DNA from: Occultella glacieicola
Lineage (GTDB): Bacteria; Actinomycetota; Actinomycetes; Actinomycetales; Beutenbergiaceae
DNA length: 64,000 nt
Direction: 5' to 3'
Assembly (NCBI RefSeq): GCF_004353825.1
Contig: NZ_SMNA01000006.1
Span: 186,001-250,000, forward strand
Made by a program: the position numbers and the translations under genes. Position 1 is the stretch's first letter; every line of letters begins with the position of its first letter. The notes beneath the pieces are model-generated. The model saw nothing but the letters and a program-made list of their open reading frames with translations, did no database searches and was not told the DNA's origin. Below, one piece after another: positions 28,126 to 37,724 of this stretch.

Positions 28126-28221
28126 GCCCCCGACGAGCCCGCATGCGCTCCGGAGGGGACGCAGAAGCGGGCCCCGGCCCGCTCCCCCGAGCGGCCGAGA
28201 CCCGCTACCACCGTGACCGTG

Positions 28222-29247
28222 CTACTGCACGTTCGCGGCGGCCTCACTGATGGTCGTCACGTAGTCCTCGAGGCCCCAGACCAGGGACAGCGCGGTCGGC
28301 GGGGACATCGCCGCGATCAGCGGGTCACCGGTGATGTTCGCGATCGCGCCGGCCTGCACGGCCGGGATGGCCTGGGCGTAGGACTGGCCCAGGAACGTCT
28401 CCACGTCCGCCTCGGTGGAGGCGTAGTTCACGATCAGCTGGGCGTCCAGCTGGTCGGTCTGCTCGTAGGACAGCGAGTACACGAACGTCTCACCGCCGGA
28501 ATCCAGCGCCTCCACCGACGGAGCGCTCACCAGGCCGAGATCGAGCAGGAAGTCCACGCGGGAGTCGGCCGGCTTGTACACGTAGAACGTGCCGCCGATG
28601 TCCCAGACGGCCGCGACGGTGATGCCCTCGAGCTCCGGGTGCGCCTCGGCGACCGCGGCCACCTCGGCGTCCAGGTCGGACACGACGGCCTCGGCCTCGG
28701 CGTCCAGACCGAGCGACTGTCCCACGATCGTGATCAGCTCGCGCCACGGCGTGGTCCACGGCGCCTCGGGGTAGGCCACGGTGGGCGCGATCTCCGCGAG
28801 CAGGTCGTACTGCTCCTGGGTCAGGCCCGAGTAGGGGGCGAGGATCAGATCGGGGTCGAGTGCGTCGATGTCCTCGTAGGCCGGTTCCTCGACGGTGGCC
28901 GGGATGATGGTGGGCTCGGCACCCTCGGCGTCCAGGAACTCCGCGACCCAGGGCAACAGGCCCTGCTCGTCGACGGCGTAGGTCTGCGCCTCGATGCCCA
29001 CCGGCACCACACCGAGCGCCAGCGCGGCCTCGGTGGAGCCCCAGCCGAGGGTCACAACGTTCTCCGGCGCCTCGGTGATCTCGGTGGTACCGAGGGCGTG
29101 CTCGATGGTGACCGTCTCCCAGTCACTTCCCCCACCGGCTCCGGCGTCGGTCGGATCCTCGGCGCCGCCGTCACCGCTCGAGCATGCGGCCAGCGCGAGC
29201 GTGGTCAGGGCGGCAGCCGCCACCAGGTGGAACGGGCGTCGGGACAC
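28222..29247 (-). CDS. Iron-siderophore ABC transporter substrate-binding lipoprotein
   Basis: Lipobox LAAC, TIEHALGTTEI, ALGVVPVG, LDPDLILA, IAPTV. Confidence 0.92.
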   Translation of the reverse strand: MSRRPFHLVAAAALTTLALAACSSGDGGAEDPTDAGAGGGSDWETVTIEHALGTTEITEAPENVVTLGWGSTEAALALGVVPVGIEAQTYAVDEQGLLPWVAEFLDAEGAEPTIIPATVEEPAYEDIDALDPDLILAPYSGLTQEQYDLLAEIAPTVAYPEAPWTTPWRELITIVGQSLGLDAEAEAVVSDLDAEVAAVAEAHPELEGITVAAVWDIGGTFYVYKPADSRVDFLLDLGLVSAPSVEALDSGGETFVYSLSYEQTDQLDAQLIVNYASTEADVETFLGQSYAQAIPAVQAGAIANITGDPLIAAMSPPTALSLVWGLEDYVTTISEAAANVQ

Positions 29248-29311
29248 GGGACTCCTCAGGGGATCGGGTTCGGGGAAGTGGTGCGGCGCGGCCACAACGG
29301 CCGTCGGGGAG

Positions 29312-29330
29312 TAAGGCACGCCTATCCTAA
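29312..29330. promoter_or_regulatory. DtxR/IdeR iron box upstream of the binding-protein gene
   Basis: TAAGGCACGCCTATCCTAA, 16/19 to TWAGGTWAGSCTWACCTWA; overlaps the ATPase stop. Confidence 0.75.
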
Positions 29331-30253
29331 GGCGTGCCGCTCGGTGCTGGCAAAGCGGCGGTGGGATCCGGACCGTGGAAGCGCCCGATCGGCACCACCA
29401 TCGGCGCACCGCAGACCGGATCGGCCACGATCCGGGCCCGCAGGTTGAACGCGTCGGCGACGAGCTCGGGCGTGAGCACCTGCTCCGGGGAGCCGATCGC
29501 CCGCACCTGACCGGCGTGCATCACCACGAGGTGGTCCGCGTACCGGGCCGCGAGGTTGAGGTCGTGCAGGACCATGACCACCGTGGCCCCACGGGTCCGG
29601 TTGAGCTCGTGCAGCAGGTCGAGCACCTCGAGCTGGTGGGTCACGTCCAGGAACGTGGTCGGCTCGTCCAGGAGCAGGATGTCCGGGTCCTGGGCCAGGG
29701 CCATCGCGATCCAGACGCGCTGGGCCTGCCCACCGGAGAGTTCCTCGACCCGTCGGGCCGCGAGCTCCAGGGTGTCGGTCGCGGCCAGGGCCGCAGTCAC
29801 CACGGCGTCATCGGTCGACGTCCATTGCCGGAACCAGCCCTGGTGCGGGTAGCGTCCGCGGCCGACCAGGTCGGCGACCGTGATGCCCTCCGGCGCGGTG
29901 GGGCTCTGCGGCAGGATGCCGACGATCCTCGCGACGTCCTTCGCGGGCATGGCGTGCACGGCGGCTCCGTCGAGGAGCACCTCCCCCGCGCTGGGCCGCA
30001 GCAGGCGGGCGATCCCCCGCAGCAGGGTGGACTTGCCGCACCCGTTGCCACCCACGATCACCGTGACCTTCCCTGCCGGGATCTCGAGGTCGAGGTCGTG
30101 CACCACGGGCGCACCGTCATAGGCGAGGGACAAGCCCCGGGCGTGCAGACTGTGCTGGGCCTTGGGGTCGCCTCCGCGATGTCTGCCCGACGGCGCAGCG
30201 TGCGTGCCGCCGTCGGCGGCACTCGTGTGGGTGGTCGTCCTGAGAATGCTCAC
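29327..30253 (-). CDS. Iron-siderophore ABC transporter ATP-binding protein (FepC-like)
   Basis: GGNGCGKST, LSGGQAQR, LLLDEPTTFLD, VLHDLN. Confidence 0.93.
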   Translation of the reverse strand: MSILRTTTHTSAADGGTHAAPSGRHRGGDPKAQHSLHARGLSLAYDGAPVVHDLDLEIPAGKVTVIVGGNGCGKSTLLRGIARLLRPSAGEVLLDGAAVHAMPAKDVARIVGILPQSPTAPEGITVADLVGRGRYPHQGWFRQWTSTDDAVVTAALAATDTLELAARRVEELSGGQAQRVWIAMALAQDPDILLLDEPTTFLDVTHQLEVLDLLHELNRTRGATVVMVLHDLNLAARYADHLVVMHAGQVRAIGSPEQVLTPELVADAFNLRARIVADPVCGAPMVVPIGRFHGPDPTAALPAPSGTP

Positions 30254-31308
30254 GCTCCGCGTCCTCCACGGTTCGAGGTGGCCAGCAGCCACAGCAGGTA
30301 GGGCGCACCGATGACGCCGGTGATGATGCCCACCGGCACCTCGAGGGAGCCGAGCAGGTACTGGGCGGTGAACTCCGCGGCCAGGACGACCACCGTCCCG
30401 ACGAGCGCCGACGGGACCAGGGCGAGCCCCGCCGTCGGGAGCAGTCGGCGCGCGATCGGTGCGGAGACGAAGGCGACGAACGCGACCGGGCCGGCGAACG
30501 CCGTCGCCACGGCGGCCAGGGCGACCGCCACGGCGAGCACCGCGAGCCGCGCGCGTTCGGCGGACACGCCGAGCCCACCCGCGAGCTCGTCGCCGAGCTG
30601 CAGGATCCGCAGCCGCTTGACCGTCACGGCCACCAGCGGCGCCAGCACGAGCAGCGCGACGCTGAGGACCCCCACGTCGGGCCAGGGCGGGGTGCCGATG
30701 CTGCCGACCATCCAGACCAGGGCCGAGCGCACGTCGTTGACCTCGGCGCGGGTGAGGAGGTAGCCGATCCCGGCGTTCACGGCGAACGCGATCCCGACCC
30801 CGATCAGCACGAACCGGTATCCGGACACCCCGTCCCGCCAGGCGAGCAGGTAGATCGCGGCCGCCACGACCACGGCTCCGGCGAACGCGAACACCGACAG
30901 GGCGATCCCACTGACTCCGAGCACGAGCAGCCCGAACGCGGCCGCGAGGCTCGCTCCCCCGCTGATCCCGATGATGTCCGGGCTGGCCAGCGGGTTGCGC
31001 AGCACGGACTGGAACAGGGCGCCGGACACTCCGAACGCGACCCCGACCCCGAGCGAGAGGGCCACCCGCGGCAGCCGCAGTTTGGTGATGGTGAAGGCGC
31101 CCTCGCCGTTGCCGGCGCCGAAGACCGCGAGGATCTGGTTCCACAGGTCCGAGGCGTGCCCGCCCCAGACCAGGGTGGCCAGGGAGAGCGCCACGGTGAG
31201 GCCGACCAGGACCAGCGTGACGGTGCGCACCCGGGTGGCGGTCTGCGCGCGGGCGGCGCTGAGCACGCCCGGCGCCCCGGCCGGGAGGGCCTGCTCGGTC
31301 CGGGTCAT
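30250..31308 (-). CDS. FecCD-family iron-chelate permease (FepG-like)
   Basis: RLPRV, RNPLASPDIIG, PVGIITGVIGAPYL. Confidence 0.93.
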   Translation of the reverse strand: MTRTEQALPAGAPGVLSAARAQTATRVRTVTLVLVGLTVALSLATLVWGGHASDLWNQILAVFGAGNGEGAFTITKLRLPRVALSLGVGVAFGVSGALFQSVLRNPLASPDIIGISGGASLAAAFGLLVLGVSGIALSVFAFAGAVVVAAAIYLLAWRDGVSGYRFVLIGVGIAFAVNAGIGYLLTRAEVNDVRSALVWMVGSIGTPPWPDVGVLSVALLVLAPLVAVTVKRLRILQLGDELAGGLGVSAERARLAVLAVAVALAAVATAFAGPVAFVAFVSAPIARRLLPTAGLALVPSALVGTVVVLAAEFTAQYLLGSLEVPVGIITGVIGAPYLLWLLATSNRGGRGA

Positions 31309-32465
31309 AGCCCCGCCAGCTTCACGCGGCGCACGATCGCGATCATCACCGGCGCGCCGACCGCGGCGACCACGAGGCCCGCCTCGAGCTCACCCGGGCG
31401 AGCGACCAGGCGGCCGACCACGTCGGCGGCCAGCAGCAGCACCGGACCGACGAACAGCGAGTAGCCGAGGATCCACCGGTAGTCCCCGCCGATCAGCGGG
31501 CGGATGATGTGCGGCACCACCAGGCCGACGAACACGATCGGCCCGGCCAGCGACGTCGCCGTGCCCGCCAGCAGCACGATCGAGACGGCCGCAATGCCGC
31601 GCGCGAGGGTCAGGTTCGCGCCGAGACCGCGGGCCAGGTCGTCGCCCATGGCCAGCAGGTTGAGGGAGCGCCCGGACAGCAGCGCCAGGCCCAGCCCGAC
31701 GCCGAGCAGCACGAGCAGCAGCCAGCTCAGGCCCCAGGTACCGGCGCCGCGGGAAGCGAGCGAGCCGACCTGCCAGAACCGGAACGCGTTCGTGGCCTCC
31801 GTGCTCGAGATCAGGATCAAGGTCACGATCGAGGTGATCCCGTACGTCAGCGCGGTGCCCGCGAGGGCGAGTTTGACCGGCGTGGCGCCCTCGCGCCCGA
31901 TCGCCCCGATCGCGTACACCAGGGCCGCCGCGGCCGCGGCGCCGGCGAACGCGAACCAGATGTAGCCGGACGGGCTCGTGATACCGAGGACCGTGATGGC
32001 CAGGACCACGAACAGCGAGGCGCCGGCGTTCACCCCGAGCAGCCCGGGGTCGGCCAGCGGGTTGCGGGTGATGCCCTGCATCAGCGTGCCTGCCACGCCG
32101 AGCGCGGCACCGACGAGCAACCCGACGAGGGTCCGTGGCAGTCGCTGGTCCCAGATGATGTTGTGGAGCGTGTTGCCGTCCACCCGGTCGGTGAGCGCCG
32201 CGAACACGACGTCCAGCGGAATGTCCCGGTTGCCGAGGGCGAGGCTGACGGCGACCGTCAGCACGAGGAGCCCGACGGCGCCCGCCAGGCCGAGCACCCG
32301 GGTGCTGCGGGTGCGGTGCACCGTGCCGGTCAACGTGGGTGTCGTCCGCGGGTCCTCCAGCTTCGGCAGCTTCGGCACGGTCGGCGCCGTTGACACACTC
32401 GGACTCGACTCGGCGGGACCATGCGGGTCGGGTCGGGCGGTGGGCTCGGGGTGGGTCGTGGTCAC
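31305..32465 (-). CDS. FecCD-family iron-chelate permease (FepD-like)
   Basis: RLPRT, TRNPLADPGLLG, FVGLVVPH; GTG start overlaps the upstream stop. Confidence 0.92.
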   Translation of the reverse strand: MTTTHPEPTARPDPHGPAESSPSVSTAPTVPKLPKLEDPRTTPTLTGTVHRTRSTRVLGLAGAVGLLVLTVAVSLALGNRDIPLDVVFAALTDRVDGNTLHNIIWDQRLPRTLVGLLVGAALGVAGTLMQGITRNPLADPGLLGVNAGASLFVVLAITVLGITSPSGYIWFAFAGAAAAAALVYAIGAIGREGATPVKLALAGTALTYGITSIVTLILISSTEATNAFRFWQVGSLASRGAGTWGLSWLLLVLLGVGLGLALLSGRSLNLLAMGDDLARGLGANLTLARGIAAVSIVLLAGTATSLAGPIVFVGLVVPHIIRPLIGGDYRWILGYSLFVGPVLLLAADVVGRLVARPGELEAGLVVAAVGAPVMIAIVRRVKLAGL

Positions 32466-33487
32466 TGGCCCTCTGCGCGGCCCTGACGCCAGTACCCCAT
32501 GAAGGCCACCCGCCGGCGGCACACGCCCACGTCTGTGACCAGGATGCGGCGCAGGGTCTTGATGACCGAGGCCTCGCCGGCGAACCACGCATAGAAGTCG
32601 GAACCGCAGCGCTCGCCGCGCCCGCACGAGTCGATCGCCTGGACCTGCAGCACCGGGGAGTCCCAGAGAAGTTCGGAGTCGACGTCCACGTCGTCCATCG
32701 TCTGCGGCACCACGGCGAGCACGTCGCCCACGACCGCGGCGTTCGCCTGCACCCAGGCGCTCACGGCGGGCACGAGCAGGTGGCCGTGGTCGTGCTCGTC
32801 ACGCGCCAGCCAGGTGATCCGGACCCCGTCGTGAACCTCGACCTCGAGGGCGTCGGCCGCGGTGGGCACCTCGATGAAGGCTCGCGCCGTGCGCCCGGCC
32901 GGCAGGGTCTCCAGGATCGAGCAGATCGCCGGCGCGGCGGTCTCGTCGCCGGCGAGCAGGAGTTCGGTGGCCGTGCCGGGCGCCCAGTCCGCGCCGACGG
33001 CGGAGTCCCTGGACCGTGCGTCCGGGCCGACGACCACGAGCCGGTCCCCGACCTGCACCCGGGCGAGCCAGCGGGAGGCCGGCCCGGCGTCCCCGTGCGC
33101 GACCATGTCCACGTCGAACTCGCCGGCCTCGGGGCGCACGTCCCGGACCGTATAGGTCCGGAACGGGGAGCGGCCCTCCTCCGGGAGGGCACGCCAGGTC
33201 TCGTACCAGGTGCCGGCGAGGATGGTCTCGGGGTCATCGGCTCCGACCTCGCTGACCCGGCCGTCCTCATCCGGGATCAGGACCTTGATGCGCTGGTCCT
33301 GGCGGTCGGTGCCGAACCACCGGACGTCCGGCCCCGTGAACGTCATCCGGAGGAAGTGGGGGCTCAACTGCTGGATGTTCGCCACCTGCACCGAGAACGG
33401 GCGGTAGGCGGGACGGTCATCCTTGGCGACGTCCGGGCGCGCGTCGACGTCCGGGCGCGCGTCGACGTCGGTCGGTGAGGTGAGCAT
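32462..33487 (-). CDS. Siderophore-interacting protein (ViuB-like ferric reductase)
   Basis: LSPHFLRMTF, DQRIK, RTYTVR, GPASRW, GDETAAPAI, FMGYWR. Confidence 0.93.
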   Translation of the reverse strand: MLTSPTDVDARPDVDARPDVAKDDRPAYRPFSVQVANIQQLSPHFLRMTFTGPDVRWFGTDRQDQRIKVLIPDEDGRVSEVGADDPETILAGTWYETWRALPEEGRSPFRTYTVRDVRPEAGEFDVDMVAHGDAGPASRWLARVQVGDRLVVVGPDARSRDSAVGADWAPGTATELLLAGDETAAPAICSILETLPAGRTARAFIEVPTAADALEVEVHDGVRITWLARDEHDHGHLLVPAVSAWVQANAAVVGDVLAVVPQTMDDVDVDSELLWDSPVLQVQAIDSCGRGERCGSDFYAWFAGEASVIKTLRRILVTDVGVCRRRVAFMGYWRQGRAEGQ

Positions 33488-33494
33488 TGCCTAA
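33476..33494. promoter_or_regulatory. DtxR/IdeR iron box at the head of the iron operon
   Basis: Minus strand TTAGGCAATGCTCACCTCA, 15/19 to consensus; overlaps the predicted ATG. Confidence 0.7.
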
Positions 33495-33573
33495 GTAAAC
33501 CATCGCGACATCCGGCACGTCCATGTTGACTAATTCACTCCCCTGGCACCGGATCAGGGTGCCGGAGGTGCCG

Positions 33574-34677
33574 TCATCGCTGCAGGAACCCGACGTTCAG
33601 CCGCTTGGCGAGCAGGTCGAACAGCACGTCGGCGTTGGCGACCGTCTGGACCCCGATCAGGCCCACCACCTTGGCCCTCTGGTCGCGGAACTCGTAGTAC
33701 GTGCCGTTCTTGTCCCGCATCAGGGTGATGCCGCTGAGGTCGGCGGCGGCCACCGACTTCCGCTTGAGCACGAGCATGCTCCCGGTGAGGGTGATCTCGC
33801 CGAAGTCGGTCGGCTGGCTCGCCTCGAATCGTTGCGCGGCCACGCCCGCGACCGCGCCGTTGATGTGCCGCCGCATCGTGGCGAAGAAGTCCTTGTCGTC
33901 GATGTCCAGGGTGCCCTTCCGACCCACCCAGGACAGCCACACGGCGGCGTCCTTGCCGAGGCCGGACAGGTACTGCATGTCCTGCCAGGGCACGTCGTGG
34001 ATCCGGCTCTGCGTGACGATCCGCACCACGGCCGGGTAGGCCCACACGAGGGTGCAGCCGTTCGGCCGTGCGACCCACAGGAACAACAAGCCAAGGGCCA
34101 GCAGGAGCGCCCCGAACACGATGCCGATCCACGGGGTCCCCTTGCTGCCCGTGGCACCCACGGCCAGGAAGGCCCCGAAACCGCCGGCGAGGAAAGCGAG
34201 CACGGCGAACAGTCCCGTCGTCGTGCCGGTGGTGGTGACGTAGGCGGTCAGCGGGGCCTGCTCGCCGGCGAGCTGGTCGGCCACCGCGAGATCGCGGCGC
34301 CAGCGGATGACCACGGCCACGATCAGGACCACGGCGAACACGGCCACGAGCAGGCCGCCGACGGCCACACCCTGGCTCTGCGCCTGGACGAAGTCCAGGC
34401 GCTCCTCATAACTCCACGTGGTGCCGCCCCGGTTACGGCGCGACGAAACGATGCAAGTGTCGCCCTGGCCCATCACCTGCCCCTCGCAGGTCGGCAGCAC
34501 CTGCGCGCCGATCCGCGCGAGGAACAGCGCCAGACCACCCGCCCCGAGCACGCCCAGGAAGACGATCAGGGAGATCGGGATGCGGCGGAATGCCGTCATC
34601 GGGTCGGCCCCGCGCGCGGGCCGATTCTGCTCCGCCGACGGGCCGGAGCCCGGGGAGACGTACTCGTTCGTGGTCAC
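33574..34677 (-). CDS. Hypothetical 4-TM membrane protein with PH-like (DUF6585-like) C-terminal domain; start uncertain (alternative 34599)
   Basis: Four hydrophobic helices, Cys pair in first loop, VPWQDM, VANADVLFDLL. Confidence 0.65.
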   Translation of the reverse strand: MTTNEYVSPGSGPSAEQNRPARGADPMTAFRRIPISLIVFLGVLGAGGLALFLARIGAQVLPTCEGQVMGQGDTCIVSSRRNRGGTTWSYEERLDFVQAQSQGVAVGGLLVAVFAVVLIVAVVIRWRRDLAVADQLAGEQAPLTAYVTTTGTTTGLFAVLAFLAGGFGAFLAVGATGSKGTPWIGIVFGALLLALGLLFLWVARPNGCTLVWAYPAVVRIVTQSRIHDVPWQDMQYLSGLGKDAAVWLSWVGRKGTLDIDDKDFFATMRRHINGAVAGVAAQRFEASQPTDFGEITLTGSMLVLKRKSVAAADLSGITLMRDKNGTYYEFRDQRAKVVGLIGVQTVANADVLFDLLAKRLNVGFLQR

Positions 34678-34739
34678 GGCGGGCAGCCTACCGATCTGGC
34701 CCACCACCCCGTGGTCGCGCGGGACCATACTGGGCGACT

Positions 34740-35648
34740 GTGACCCGTGACGCGAACCTCCTGACCGGCTTCCGCCTGCGCAACGCCGAGCAGCAGCTCG
34801 GTGCCTATGGCATCCACCTCCACCGCGACGGCCACGAGAGCGTCGAGCACCGGTTCCGGGCCGACGACCGGGTGAACATCTACTCGGGCTCCAAGACCTT
34901 CACGTCCCTGGCTGTGGGGATCGCCAGGGGCGAGGGACTCCTGGAACTCGAAGACGCCGTCGTCGGGTTCTTCGACGGCACCCCCGTCGCCGACGGCAAC
35001 GAGCGGATCACGGTCCGTGACCTGTTGCAGATGTCCTCCGGCAACCCGTTCAACTGGTTCGAGCCCCCGCAGGACTCGCCGACCGACATCGCCGCGACCT
35101 GGTTCGGCACCGAGCCCGTGCGCCCACCCGGTGAGAGGTTCGAGTACTCGAACGCGTCGACCTACCTGCTCGGCCGGATCGTGCACGCCGTCAGCGGGCA
35201 GGACGTGCGGGAGTACCTGATGCCCCGGCTGTTCGACCCGCTCGGCATCGCCGTGCCGCAGTGGCACCGCTGCCCGCTCGGGTTCCCCGAGGCCGCCAAG
35301 GGCCTGCACCTGACCACGAGCGAGTTCGCGCGACTCGGCCGGCTGCTGCTCCAGGACGGCCAGTGGGACGGCACCCAGCTGGTGCCCGCCGACTACGTGG
35401 GCGCCATGCATACCGACATCGTCGACACCACCCACCATGGCGTCGACCCGGAGTCGGTCGCCGGCTACGGCTACCAGGTCTGGAACTGCACGCCCGACGG
35501 CGCCTGGCGGGTCGACGGCAAGTACGGCCAGTTCTCGATCGTGCTGCCCGCGCAACGCGCCGTGGTCACGATCACGGCCCACAACGAGAAGGCCCCGAAC
35601 GACCTGCTCCGGGCCGTCTGGGGTGAGGTGCTGCCGCGGCTGCGGTGA
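34740..35648 (+). CDS. Serine hydrolase, beta-lactamase (AmpC-like) family
   Basis: SxxK (YSGSKT), TVRDLLQMSSG, FEYSN, YGYQVW, GKYGQ. Confidence 0.9.
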   Translation: MTRDANLLTGFRLRNAEQQLGAYGIHLHRDGHESVEHRFRADDRVNIYSGSKTFTSLAVGIARGEGLLELEDAVVGFFDGTPVADGNERITVRDLLQMSSGNPFNWFEPPQDSPTDIAATWFGTEPVRPPGERFEYSNASTYLLGRIVHAVSGQDVREYLMPRLFDPLGIAVPQWHRCPLGFPEAAKGLHLTTSEFARLGRLLLQDGQWDGTQLVPADYVGAMHTDIVDTTHHGVDPESVAGYGYQVWNCTPDGAWRVDGKYGQFSIVLPAQRAVVTITAHNEKAPNDLLRAVWGEVLPRLR

Positions 35649-35684
35649 GTGGACCGACCGTGAACCGCGCGCCGAGGGGTTGCG

Positions 35685-35698
35685 GTTTTACGCATGAC
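35685..35698. promoter_or_regulatory. LacI-type operator overlapping a TTGCGG -35-like hexamer
   Basis: GTTTTACGCATGAC, identical to 47780-47793. Confidence 0.75.
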
Positions 35699-35764
35699 GG
35701 GTTTGCGTCGAGGTCGCGGCGCGTCAGGTGCGCCGTGACATGACATCGACGTCTTGGAGTATCG

Positions 35765-37507
35765 GTGAGCCCCCGTCCCAGCCTCATTCGTTCTGCCGCC
35801 GCTCCGCTGGCGGCCGCCCTCGTCCTCGGCCTCAGCGCCTCCGCTGCCGATGCCGCGGGACCAGCCCCTGCGGCGTCTCCACCACCGGCCGACTCGCGCA
35901 CAGTCTGGGAGGGTGAGGGTCTCCCGCCCGGCCGGGACTCGCTCGGCGACGTGGCGCTGCTGCCCCTCGATGACCGCCCCTACACCTGGTACGAGCCGCT
36001 CGAACTGGGCGCCGCCGCGGGCTATGAGGTGGTCACGCCCACGCAGGAGATCCTCGGCCGGCACTTCACACCCGGGGACGGCGGCGCGACGATGTCGCTA
36101 TGGAACATGATCGCGGCGTCGTTCCTCCTGGACCTCGAGACGACGGTCGGCACGCACGACGGCCGCTACGGCGACTCGGCGGCCCGGGCACGGGCTTTCC
36201 TGGCGGAGGGTCTGGAGGCGAACACGGACTGGTACACCGTCCGGTTTTCCTCGACCCAACCGGCCCGGGACCGGATCGTGGCGATGCGCGCGAGCCGGGC
36301 CGACTGCCAGGACAATCGGTGGCACCGCAAGAGCTCCTGCGACTACGTCGACGGCGGGCCGTCCGGAGGGAACCTGGGCACCGACATGATCGAGTACGGT
36401 CTGGCCGGCCTGTACCGCTACGAGCACGCGCTCTCCGGCGCCGAGGCCGCCCACGCGGCCGTGGCAGACACCTACCGGCGGTACACCGCCCTGCCCGCCA
36501 TCCACACGGCGTCATCCACCGACCCGCTGGACTGCGTGGACGACACCCGCTCCGGCCCAGTGGATCCGTATTATCCGCCGGACAACCAGGGCACTGACCC
36601 CACCGGCGACCCCTGGGACTTCGATCCGCACCTGTCCTTCGGCGGCTACATCCGCTCGTCGGGCACCATCCTGACGCTGGAGGCGAAGTACTACGACATC
36701 GTCGGCTTCGGGATCCTCGCCGAGGTGCGACACGCCGTCGTCCCGGACCGCTACGACCTTGCCTGGTCGCGCGTCGCGGCGAGCGGTGACGACGCCCTCG
36801 TCGCCATCCAGTACCGGGACCTGAGCCCGATGGCCCTGCCCACCCGGGACATCGACGACACCGACGGCGATGGCGACCTGACCGAACCGGTCTGCATCGT
36901 CACCCTCGGCACCCTGCCGATCGCGCACAACGGCATCGGCTTGCTCGCCACCTACGGGTACGTGCAGCCGCTCGAGGTCGGTGCCGCAACGATGCCCGAC
37001 GGCGTTCTCTCCTCCGGTTATGACGGTCACCTCGTTGCGACCGGGGGTCGGGTGCCGTTGGCGTGGTCGGTGCTCGAGGGGCACCTGCCAGCCGGGTTGG
37101 CCCTCTCCCCCGGGGGCGACCTGACCGGTGTCCCGGCGTTGCCGGGGACCACGTCGTTCACCGCGCAGGTGGCCGACGCGGACGGGCGCACCGCGACCAC
37201 CGAGGTGGCTGTCACCGTTGGCGGGTGCGACCGGTCCCTCACCGGACCGCAGACCGGGGCGCTCATCGTCGCCACCGGGGTGGTGTGCCTGGACGGTGCG
37301 ACCCAGGCGGGCCGGGTCACCGTCTCCGGCGATGTGGTGATGGTGGTCGTCTCGAGCACCGTGCGCGGCGGCATCAGCGCGACCGACGCCGCCGCCGTGG
37401 CGATCTGCGGCTCCACCGTCACCGGCCGGGTGCACACGGAGACCACCACCGGGCGGGTGCTCGTCGACCCGGCGGGCTGCGCAGGTAGCGACATCAACGG
37501 ACGCTGA
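35765..37507 (+). CDS. Secreted chimeric protein: short DUF4127-like N-terminus, unknown middle, putative Ig (He_PIG-like) domain, C-terminal beta-repeat
   Basis: Signal peptide; LGDVALLPLDDRP; WSVLEGHLPAGLALSPGGDLTGVP...SFTAQVAD. Confidence 0.7.
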   Translation: MSPRPSLIRSAAAPLAAALVLGLSASAADAAGPAPAASPPPADSRTVWEGEGLPPGRDSLGDVALLPLDDRPYTWYEPLELGAAAGYEVVTPTQEILGRHFTPGDGGATMSLWNMIAASFLLDLETTVGTHDGRYGDSAARARAFLAEGLEANTDWYTVRFSSTQPARDRIVAMRASRADCQDNRWHRKSSCDYVDGGPSGGNLGTDMIEYGLAGLYRYEHALSGAEAAHAAVADTYRRYTALPAIHTASSTDPLDCVDDTRSGPVDPYYPPDNQGTDPTGDPWDFDPHLSFGGYIRSSGTILTLEAKYYDIVGFGILAEVRHAVVPDRYDLAWSRVAASGDDALVAIQYRDLSPMALPTRDIDDTDGDGDLTEPVCIVTLGTLPIAHNGIGLLATYGYVQPLEVGAATMPDGVLSSGYDGHLVATGGRVPLAWSVLEGHLPAGLALSPGGDLTGVPALPGTTSFTAQVADADGRTATTEVAVTVGGCDRSLTGPQTGALIVATGVVCLDGATQAGRVTVSGDVVMVVVSSTVRGGISATDAAAVAICGSTVTGRVHTETTTGRVLVDPAGCAGSDINGR

Positions 37508-37724
37508 GAACCGCGGTCAGCGGTCGCGGGAGAGTCCGGTTCCTTGCCTGGGTGATGTCGAGCGCGTCTCGGTGACCAACCAGTCCGAACGCGCGAACCT
37601 TCTCCCGTGGGGTGATCCCGCCGAACTATTCGGTCGACTTCGGCTCGCGCGAACTGCCCGGGGAGCTGACGGTCGTCAACTCCGTGCCCAGCCCCGAGCT
37701 CATCTTCGCCGAGGGTCGGGCGCT

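Noticed and set aside
27373..35648. CPT-like kinase and beta-lactamase-family hydrolase as resistance genes
   Set aside because: Family-level motifs only; such homologues are common in soil actinobacteria, and the hydrolase has no signal peptide
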